Shown here piece after piece: positions 49,640-60,900 of a stretch of DNA of 64,000 nt. Each line of letters opens with the position of its first letter. The first letter of the stretch is position 1. The DNA comes from Tubulanus polymorphus (taxonomy: Eukaryota; Animalia; Nemertea). The stretch lies in assembly GCF_964204645.1 (NCBI RefSeq), contig NC_134027.1:25754560-25818559 (forward strand), read 5' to 3'. Made by a program: the position numbers and the translations under genes. The notes below the pieces were generated by a model. It saw only the letters and a program-made list of their open reading frames with translations, was not told the origin of the DNA and did not search any database.

Positions 49640-51189
49640 TCAATGGTTTACAGTTTCATTCTGCTGACTGATGAGCGGTTTCGTCGGCGATATTATAGGA
49701 GATATTGTATGAGGAGCTTCCATCTCAAAGTCTGAAACGACTTCACGCCGCCTGTGTTCATTAAAACTCGTCCACCACGGAGGCAACAGAACTATTACGG
49801 AACAGACTATAGAAACTGCAGTGAAATAAAGCGACCATTTATAATCATCACTGGTAGAATAAATCCAGCCAGCGATCGGGGCTCCGACGATCAGTCCTAT
49901 ACCACAGGCGAAATTAGTATAACAGAATCCAATCTCTAATCGTTCGTAGCCAACAATTTCACTCGTTATAGCTGGCCATAATATTCCATTAGGTACCGAC
50001 ATAAAACTAGTTACACAACCGAATATAAGCATTATCCAGAATTCTTTCGTTAAAGTCATTAGTATTACACATATCGCCATTATCATATAGGATAATAGCA
50101 TCTGAGAAAATATGTGTATTTTCTCTATATGAGCAATAACACCTTGGATTACACGGCCTGTGAAATTAGCTATACCGTATCCCATTAAAAAGCGGCTGGC
50201 ATCTAGTTTACTGACGTTCGTGAGGTACTGCACCAGAGCCGTCAGATGCACGAACATTACTGACATTGCCATCGAAAATAGAAACCCGTGGATCAGCAAT
50301 AGTATAAAAGGTACGAATTTCAAAATCGAAAGTTCTAAGACGTTCTTTTTGGTTTTTGGCTGTTCGTGGTGTTTTAGTTTAGGAACCAGGCGAATCATTA
50401 CTCCGCATACAGTCAGATTAAGAGAAATACCAGCTAGAATCAACACGCTACCGCGCCAACCGTATGATACAAAGGTAGATTCAATTAAAAGCGGCATAAC
50501 AATCGTTCCTAATCCTATTCCGGAAATTGCAAATCCCTGCGCTAATGCCTGTTTTTCAGGAAAAAACGTAGGTGCCATGACAACTAACGGCGAGAATGCG
50601 ATACCATAACCAAATCCTGAAAAATATATATAGGTTCAGCATTGACCGATTCTTGATCTAAATGAACTTCAAATGACCATCCATCCCTTACCTGTGATTA
50701 TACCGAATGTAACTATTAAAACATAGATATTGTTTGCAAATACGGCTGACAACATCCCGGTTAACGAAACAAGTCCGGCAATTATGAATACCCAGCTATA
50801 GCCAATATAACTGACTAGGACACCAGCTAATGGACCTGCAAAGTGAACGAATCAATAGTAATATACGGTACATATGTTTAAGTAGACTAATTTGTTTTTT
50901 AGATAATACGTTCTATAAATAAATATTGTATATAGTTTAATAAAACATAATTAAACATACCCAGCAAAGCTGATAAACCGATATTTAACGATGCTACAGT
51001 ACTCGTTAACGAATAACTCTCACCAAACGACTCAATCCATTCGACGTAATAAATACTCGTAGAGTATGAGATTCCAGCTGTTATGAATCCTGCAGTAAAC
51101 GCTGATATAACGACAATCCAGCGTGTATCTGGCATCGGACAGGTTTTTTTTCTGGCCAAACTCGACACATTCCATGTCGTTTTAGCCAT
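49640..51189 (-). CDS. SLC16/MCT-family transporter, copy B (3 exons)
   Basis: Exons 51189-50961, 50835-50692, 50616-49640; same motifs as copy A. Confidence 0.92.
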
Positions 51190-52433
51190 CGCAGTTTCAA
51201 TATGCGTTCAATATCCACGATTTTCACATGTAGTGAAGTCCACGTGGAATTAAAATCAATTTGAAATCCTCAAACTTGTTTTTGTGAGTTTCATGTATTA
51301 ACATTGAAATGTGACAGTGACGTCACACAGAGCCCGTTCGCCTTGCGATTGTTTTCGTACGTATTTCTTGCCCTGTTCACCCGGAGCCAAATCAGTAAAC
51401 GGAAAGGCATTTGCCTAACGCTCTCGACGCAGGGAAACATTGCGCTTAATAGTACATGTATAACTCCCGCTACAAAGTTTAAAGTTCAACGGTTATTTCA
51501 TGGACTTTTGATAAAATCGAATTAACCTTCAAATTACTATTCGTCTCCACGTTTTCTGTATTTCCATTTGTAAGTGGACTGGTTACTACTTTCCCTTCAA
51601 TACTGACATCCAGCAAAACACCATCCACAAGCAGTTTCTTAGCGACTTTCGATTTATGCTAAATATTGCAAAGACAAGGTGGCACAGTACACAGCTACTC
51701 AGCTTTGTTAACTGCGTCATTTCAAATCACTGCTAAAATCAACCTCGTTACATAAACAGCAATGGGCAACGGTACCGCTACTGTGGCATGCGAGGACTCC
51801 GCGACGATCCATCAGGTGTCGCTAGTGGTAACTGGGTTAAATCGCTTCGATTTCTTTACATTTCAATCAAATTCGAATCAACTTTTCCACCAATTATCTA
51901 ATCAATGTTCTCTGTGAAATCTACACTGAGTGGGACAGTCAGTCTTATCTCTATTCCAAGTATTGCTTGATGTTATTTGGATTAGGAAGCAGCTTATGGA
52001 AGCTTAGGTCTATCTAGACAGGGCTTGATCGTGTCGTGGCTGAGTCTAGCGATGCCATCAGGTAGGAATCCCTGCCGAGGGAGGATGGTTCTGCAGGTAA
52101 CACTTCGAATACCGCTCCTTTGTGACCCAAGAGAATTAATCGAGGGGAAACAAGAAGCAAGATGAACAAAATACCAAAGTTTTAGATGTAACGTTATTGC
52201 AAAATCTATTTCAGAACACAATGAAAAACAACAACAACAACAACAACAACGAGATGTGACCTTACATATTAAAACATTTTAAATCAAAATATACATTTCA
52301 ATGTTTCCATGAGTTTGTGTAATTTATTAAACTTTTAGACTGAATATTAAATATCATCTAAAGGAAACACTTCAGACTCGTTTATCTTTCTTATCGAAGG
52401 ATTCCATCATTACCGTAACGACAGAATGATTCA

Positions 52434-53988
52434 TCAATGGTTTACAGTTTCATTCTGCTGACTGATGAGCGGTTTCGTGACGAGCGTTTCTAACTGACCA
52501 GATGATGTAGGATACACCGCATCAGGAGCTTCCTCCTTAAGCTCCGAAACGACTTCACGCCGCCTGTGTTCATTTAAACTCGTCCACCACGGAGGCAACA
52601 AAACTATTACGGAACAGACTATAGAAACTGCAGTGAAATAAAGCGACAATCTATAATCACCACTGGTAGAATAAATCCAGCCAGCGATCGGGGCTCCGAC
52701 GATCAGTCCTATACCACAAGCGAAATTAGTATAACAGAATCCAATTTCTAATCGCTCGTAGCCAACAATTTCACTCGTTATAGCTGGCCATAATACTCCA
52801 TAAGGTACCGACATAAAACTAGTTACACAACCGAATATAAGCATTATCCAGAATTCTTTCGTTAAAGTCATTAGTATTACACATATCGCCATTATCATAT
52901 AGGATAATAGCATCTGAGAAAATATGTGTACTCTCTTCATATGAGCGATCACACCTTGGATAATACGGCCTGTAAAATTAGCAATACCGTATCCCATTAA
53001 AAAGCGGCTGGCATCTAGTTTACTGACGTTTGTTTGGTACTGCACCAGAGCCGTCAGATGCACGAACATTACTGACATTGCCATCGAAAATAGAACTCCG
53101 TTGATTAGCAATAGTATGAAAGGAACAAATTTCAACATCGAAAGTTTTAAGACGTTCTTTTTGGTTTTTGGTTGTTCGTGGTGTTTTAGTTTAGGAACCA
53201 GGCGAATCATTACTCCGCATACAGTCAGATTAAGAGAAATACCAGCTAGAATCAACACGCTACCGCGCCAACCGTATGATACAATGGTTGATTCAATTAT
53301 AAGCGGCATTACAATCGTTCCTAATCCTATTCCGGATATCGCAAATCCTTGCGCTAATGACTGTTTTTCAGGAAAAAACGTAGGTGCCATGACAATTAAC
53401 GGTGAGAATGCGATACCATAACCAAATCCTGAAAAATATATATAGGTAGGTTCAGCATTGACCGATTCTTGATCTAAATGAACTTCAAATGACCATCCCT
53501 TACCTGTTATTATACCGAATGTAACCATTAAAACGTAGATATTGTTAGCAAATACGGCTGACAACATCCCGGTAAACGAAACAAGTCCGGCAATTATGAA
53601 TACCCAGCTATAGCCGAGATAACTGACTAGGACACCAGCTAATGGACCTGCAAAGTGAACGAATCAATAGTAATATACGGTACATATGTTTAAGTAGACT
53701 AATTTGTTTTTCAGATAATACGTTCTATAAATAAATATTGTATATAGTTTAATAAAACATACCGAGCAAAGCTGATAAACCGATATTTAACGATGCTACA
53801 ATACTCGTTAACGAATAACTCTCACCAAACGACTCAATCCATTCGACATAATAAATACTCGTAGAGTATGAGATTCCACATGTAACGAATCCTGCAATAA
53901 ACGCTGATATGACGACAATCCAACGTGTCTCTGGCATCGGACAGGTTTTACTGGTCGAACCAGACACATCGCAAGTTTCTTTAGCCAT
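52434..53988 (-). CDS. SLC16/MCT-family transporter, copy C (3 exons)
   Basis: Exons 53988-53763, 53647-53504, 53428-52434; same motifs as copy A. Confidence 0.92.
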
Positions 53989-54915
53989 TTTCAGCGATTT
54001 CCACTAAAAACGGAGACCAGGTAAAAAATGAATAGATTGAACTATTTCACGTCAGTGTCATTTATTTTCATTGAAATGTGACATTCTATGGTTGTACACG
54101 ATTTTTGCGACGGAACACTGATCACATTCATCTGGGTCGATTTTTGGCGAGTTCCAGACGAGTTAACCTGGGGTTAAATTAGTTTTAAGGCTTATGTCTA
54201 ATGCCTTCAACGTCTAACGCACACGACGCAGCAAACGTGTCGTTTAATAGTGTCATTCTAAGTATACATACTGTTGTTTCTCTATAAACTTCACTCATTT
54301 TCCTAATGAAGCTACTATGCGCTAGTGGCGAAGGCTCGTAATTCAAATGAATTTAGCTTCAGTTTCTATTTGTCCTAATGTTTTATTAATTTCCATTTGT
54401 GAGTGGACAGATAACTACTTTCCCTTCAATACGGACATCCAATCCATCATCCGTCCACAACGCCCAAACAATTTCTTTTCGACTCAGAATTTATTATATA
54501 TATATAATGCCAAGATAAGATAAAGTGATACAATTCCACAGTAACCCAGATTTGTTAACCGTGTCATTTCAAAACACAACGGAAATCAATCTTGTAACAT
54601 AGACAGCAAGGGGTAACAGCACCGCTACCGTGACAGGCGTAGATTCCACGACGATCCGCCAGGTGTCGCAAGTGTGGTCACTAGGTTACATCGATTTACA
54701 TTTCAATCAAATTCGAATAAACTTTTCAAGTTATTGAAAATATCAATCTTGTACATTGCGTGGGAGAGTCAGTCTTACATCTTTTGGTTAACTTTCTAAT
54801 GATATTCATATTTGTAAGCCTAGAGATCCAATTCAAAAAATGACCTGATTTCCAGTGTAACCCACTGTATTCTTGCGCCATCTGGTGAGTGCTCGTTACC
54901 CCATTGCATGTATCT

Positions 54916-57900
54916 TCAATATTTGGGTGGTTTATAATTTCGCAAAAGTTTCTTCGATATTGCCGACAATTCTTGCATGTTTTCGCAAAACATTAACTCT
55001 CCGTCGCTAGGGGGTGCTGGTGTTGTCGGTGTACTCAAGTACGCGCCCGCGATACCCTGTAAAAGGAATAGATTAAATTGCCGTGAATGATAGTGACGGT
55101 ATCTATCTTTTCTATGAAATAAACTAACTTGAAAACAAGGGTAGATATGGGGGCAGACTTTGACAGGCTATTGAGGAATATTAAAGAGAATGTAAGCTGA
55201 ATCCTGTGCTTTCGTCTTATGAGTTGCGGTTGGAAGAAGTGTCCTGAAAAAATTGCAATCGTATTTTCAAAAGGGCTCAGGAAAATTGCGACGGGAATAC
55301 GTGCTGGCTTCGTCCCTGAAAAAATGACTACTGTCATAAGAGCAGCATAAGTCGATTGTGACTGGTGGGAAAGACTGGCTCTGGAAAAAAATTGAAAATG
55401 TGCGATCGGTTGCCAATAGTGTCGCTGGCAGTCAATAGGGTGCGTTGAGATGCGATCGTCGCTGACGGCCGTAGAGGTGTCACAAGCGTCGCAAGGCCTA
55501 CCTGAACCCGGTTTTAACTAGTTTTGGCTAGTTCCTGGTTGCATCGAGACTAAAAGCTCACCTTGTCAGTAATTTGAAGCATTATATGGCTTATTTCAAT
55601 CGGTTGGATGATAATTCCAGAGCCATGCAACTGTTTCATCACTTCGGCGACGTCTTTCACAATAGCCAACATCTCGCGTGGATTCAGAGATCCGTGAACT
55701 TTCAGATACGACGACAGACTCTGCATCTGCAGCTCCGTGGATGTATCGTAGAATAGTCGAGGACACGCGACAACGCGGGCACCTGCTGACGCAGCCCCAT
55801 CTGAATGAATTACAGTGAAAGTTCTCTATAATGCCAGTTAATTGGATGGCAAAAATATGGCGTTAGAACGAAATAGGCGTTTTAAATAATGGTACTTTCA
55901 TTGAATATGAGTTTCTAGATTTTGTTCTCTGAGAAATGTCGTTACGCTAACAGTGGCTTCATAAAGTGACATTTTATCGGCTCATTGCCTCTCTCTCCAC
56001 CCAGCAGAGTAAATGGGTACCTGGCCTGATAGATGACTGCAGAAGCGCTTAGTAGTAGCTCGGGTGTAACTTCTCCCTCGGGAGAGATGACTGATACACG
56101 GAATAGAGTTATAGGCTGGGGGTAATGATACCGAATTGGGAGCGCACTCTGGTGAGGATACCTGCACTATATGAATGTCAATTATCATAAAGGTTGTTGT
56201 CATAAACGAGGAATAATGAATGACCGCGAAGCCCGATTCGACTGTTCACTTATAGAGATTACGTACTTTCTTGGGCAATGTTTGTAGTCTTGGTCGCGCT
56301 GATCGCTGTAGAAGCTGTCGTACTGGATTTCCTTAAAAACAATAAAAAATGTTTGTATTCGTAGTTATTAGAAATAGTAAGTAAATAATAAGGGTCGTAG
56401 CCGCGGTTCACAGGGTTCACGTGAAAGATTTAGCAGTTTTAGAAGTTTTAGTCAATCAAGGCTTCAAAAATATTCTTAAAACAATCAACTTTGGCACTCC
56501 AACGACAGATGACAGTTCTACTAATTCGAAAAATGAACCCCCCTCAGAAAAGCCTCCTGACTACGCCCCTGTTATACGCTTAGGCTAAACAAAAATGATA
56601 CCTTGTTTCTCCGCAGCGGCCGGGTCATTTTTGTAAAATATGATAAAATTCATAAATAGTTCATTTCCATAGCGGCCGGGTCTGTTATGGTAAAATTGAT
56701 CACGATTTAAAAAAAGTAATGTATAGGGTAGATAGGCGGCCGGCCGGGTCAACATTTAAGCTCAGCAGAGCGGAGAAACAAGGCATCAATTTTTTTTGGC
56801 CTTACTTTTTCTTTTTTCGTAGATTCGTAGCGTAAGACAATGTGTACAATATGGGATTGGTAGCACTGTTTACTGGTAGAACAAACACGGCAATCCAAGC
56901 ATAAACGTCACCTGGTATCGTCACCCGACCGGTCGATCCAAGAATACCTTCAATACAGTAAATCAATAAGCCATGATAAACCAGTAACCTTAATTAAACA
57001 CATTGAGTTGAGCTGTTACGATGATCTCCCACGATACAAACGAAAAATGAGTCCAAAGTGTCCTTGAAGTAATAGTTTATTTCGACATTTTGGCTCGAAT
57101 CCTAAATGTTTCCTTGAGTTAATGTTTTATTTGACTTATCGACCATATCATGATTATAGTCATTCTCAAGAATACTAATGACGTCTATTAGGATATAGTC
57201 GAAACGATGGAATAAACTACTAGGTCAAGGAAGCTTATCGGATTCATTTTTGATTTACATTGTAGGATTGATAAACCTTGGCTGGGATTTAACCTACCTA
57301 GTAGAATAATCGGTGCCCAACAACAGAAGTTGGTAAACAAGATCAGAGTCATCTTTCTAGCTAGCGCCACCTGGGTGGCGTTGCCTCCCTTGTTACCAGC
57401 ACTGGATACGGTCTCGTTGATGTCGTGATACATCCACAGATAAGAGGCCGCGATCATCGAGAACCCGACACATGTGAGAATCAAAAACAAGAATACCGAA
57501 TACATCCAACCGTCAGGCCGTTTACTGGTTATAGGCAAAGCGAGGCAGACGCCGGATTGGGCGTAGAATCCATCACCGAAATAGGGGATGCCCATTAACG
57601 GCATTCCTGCAAGAACTATCGCTAAACCCCAGACACAAGCAACGATTATATACACGGAATTAGTCTTCAGATGGTGCCGACTAAACGGGAATATGATATG
57701 ACTAGATCGGTCAAATGCTATAGTAACCAGAATCATCATAGAAACTTCAGTCGCTAAAGTTGACAGGAAACCGGCCGTTTTACAAGCAGCGCTGTATTTC
57801 CAACTATCGGCGTGAATGATGTAAACTCCTCGGTAGTGAACGTCAGCGCTTGCTACTGTGATCAGATAGATACCCATACAAAAGTCAGAAACTGCCAGGT

Positions 57901-60900
57901 TCGTGATGAGGAAATCGTGTACTTTCTTGTACGCTTTGTCAACCAGTCGCCAGACGACGACGAGGCCGTTACCTAACAGAGATACGGATCCTAAAACCCA
58001 GAGGCAGATACGCAGAATTTGGTTTTTCATTAGATCCGTACACGACGAGAACTCATCGGCTGCAGGTAGACAGGCGTCCGGGGGTAACCAATCGGCCAGA
58101 CAACAAAACTTAAAATCATCGCTATAAAGACGTTTCAGACTTCCGCCGACACTCGGGTCAAGGCCGCTGAATAGATCGGTAACTATATGTATGATTCGAT
58201 TTCCACGAATATCAATCGTTTGAAGCGTTGATAAACTCGTAAATATCCTACCGACGATTGTTTTGATATTGCTGGACGATAGATTTAGTAATTTCAAAGT
58301 TTCTAAACCGTCGAATACATTTTCGGATAGAGTTGTTACCGGCATATCTAGTAGGGTAACCTCGGGTAAGGATCTCAATCCCACGAAAGAACCCGGAGAT
58401 ATCGACTGGATCGGGTTCCCGGAGAGGTGAAGATTCAATAGATTTCCGAGACCGTGGAATGAACCATTTTGTAGGAATGATATCAGATTCTGCGATAGAT
58501 CTAAGGTCCTCAGGTTTACCTGGGACAGAAAAGCCGATGATGACAGATCTTCGATTAGATTATGAGTCAAGTTGAGACTCACGAGAAAGTGAAAACGGTT
58601 CAGAGTAGAATTTAGAAATGTCAAACGGTTGTGACTGAAGACAAGTTGCCTCGACTGTGACGAAATGTTGGCCGGAATTTGAAAGTAATCGTTGTTTCCG
58701 CAGAAATAACTCAATCCAAAACAAACGCATCCAATCGGGCAAAATGAATGACAGAAAAATTCGTCATCTCCCTCAGAGCAATCTCGGCGTCCGTTGCAAC
58801 GATCTCCGATGGTTACACAGTTTTCACCAGTGTTGCATTTGTAGTAGTTCGGGCACACAAATTCTCCTAAAATAACAAAATGAAAAGAAACTGAACGATT
58901 TTATTGTAAAGATCTGTTTTCCGAAGGGCGGCATAGATATCAATTTACCACATTTCTGTTCGTCCTGGCCGTACGGACAGTCTAACATACGATCACAAAC
59001 CATTCTTACCGGGATACAGTAGGAATTAGGACACTTGTAGTAACCGGGCGGGCAGCTGAAATTTCCTAAAAGCAACAAATATTGATAAAACGACGGTGAA
59101 ATTACGCCTGACAAAAATACATAGTGTAACGAAATTTGGATTGGTATTTTGATGACCTTAACAGATCAAAGAAGATGATGATCATCTGTATTAGGTTCAC
59201 TAGGCACTAGAGAATAGAAACTTACTGCAGTTTATCAAATGATTAGCATCACGACAGCCTAGCATATATCCCGACGAATCTTTGTCGTAAATACACCTTA
59301 CTTTGTCATCCACTGTAATACCGGTTTTACACTTGATGTTATCACCATCAACGCTTGTATTCGAGGGAAGCGCTAAACAGTTCAACTCATCTTCACCAGC
59401 GAGACCTGAATAGAAAAAAGTAAATTGGAACAATACTTCGTATACTGTGTAGACGTTGTTAACGGTATGAGAACTGGGAAATTGACTTGTTTACCTTGGC
59501 AATCTTTTATTCCGTCGCAACGTGTCCTGATTGGCAAACAAGTTCCATCAAAGCATTGGAAACCAATTGTAGGACGACATTGAACTACAAGAGAATATAT
59601 ATAGTTACAGTTTGGAGATCACATCGCATGGAATTAATCTCTCAATTTGGGCCCAGTTGCTCAGTCGTGACTTATGTCCAAAACGGATCAGGTTTCAAGA
59701 CTTATCTTAAGTTGTTACATTGGCTAAAGAACTAAGAAGGTCTTTGGTCTTAAAGCCGTCACTATGCAACTGGCTCCAGATGTTAAAAGCTGTACATACT
59801 ACACGCCCTTTCATCGGAGCCATCCGCACAATCTCGCCGTAGATCGCATCTCTTTTCTATCGGTATGCATTGCTTGTTCTCACACTGAAATTCCGATATT
59901 ACGTCACAATTCTGATTAACTGAAACATAAAAAAAAGAAAGAATGTTTAATCATTTTCTCAGGGGAATTCATAAATCAACGCAAACACCAATGATTGTAA
60001 CATACCACACCAACTTTCATCTGAATTATCAGAACAATGATTGATGAAATCACAAACAAACGACATTGGAATGCATCGTCCATTGTTACATTTAAATGTC
60101 TCTACAGGACAATGAGATTCTGAAATAAGATATATTAGAACAATTTGTGTATATGGAATATTATTACAACATGCTTCAAACTTTTGTTTAATCATGTTTC
60201 TAACATGATTAATAAAATGCCTGATCCTGAATGGTGCAATGCTACCTCAAGGGTGGATACACGGGGAAAAGCAATATACCTGGCCCTTTTAGCACTTCTG
60301 AGATGCCCAAAAAATGAAGGCAAACACTTTTGGAAAATCTTCACATGATCCATGATCAGGATCTTTTTTAGAGCGCATAGAAAATGGCTCGGAAGACGCT
60401 AAAATTTCAAATTGTCCTGAGGAGGACTACAGACCTTGACCTAACTTTTTGAGCTGAAGATATTCCTTTTCATCTAGCAGTGAACAACATACCTGTACAG
60501 TTGAACTCATCACTACCATCAGGACACTGTTTATAACCATCACATTGATAAACTTTCAGAATACATTCTTTCGATGTTTTGCACTGAAATAGTTGTCCGT
60601 CGATTCCTGCACATTCGGTATTGTTAAGCACCGGTAGTTGGGAAGGTACTTTTACCTCTGCTGAAAACAACAGTAATCATCGATAACATTCACTACCGAA
60701 GCCACAATATGTTCATATTGATAGTTAATGATTGATACCTTGTTGTGGTCGGAATTCGCAAATGAATTGATGAGCACGTTTTTGCGCACATGGAATATCA
60801 TGCCAATTCTGTGTAGATTGAATTCCAGCGATGATAATAGCCGTACAGTCCTCGGCGTCACCTCCATCAGGCTGGACTGGTGACTTCATAGACCTTCAAA

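Noticed and set aside
55330-55501. Alternative terminal exon of the LGR using the AG at 55502
   Set aside because: Poor polypyrimidine tract and a featureless peptide; the 55056 acceptor is stronger and continues the kinase-like pattern.
57188-57297. C-terminus of the 556-aa ORF as the receptor end
   Set aside because: This is intron read-through past the donor at 57297; TM7 is in exon 56947-56806.
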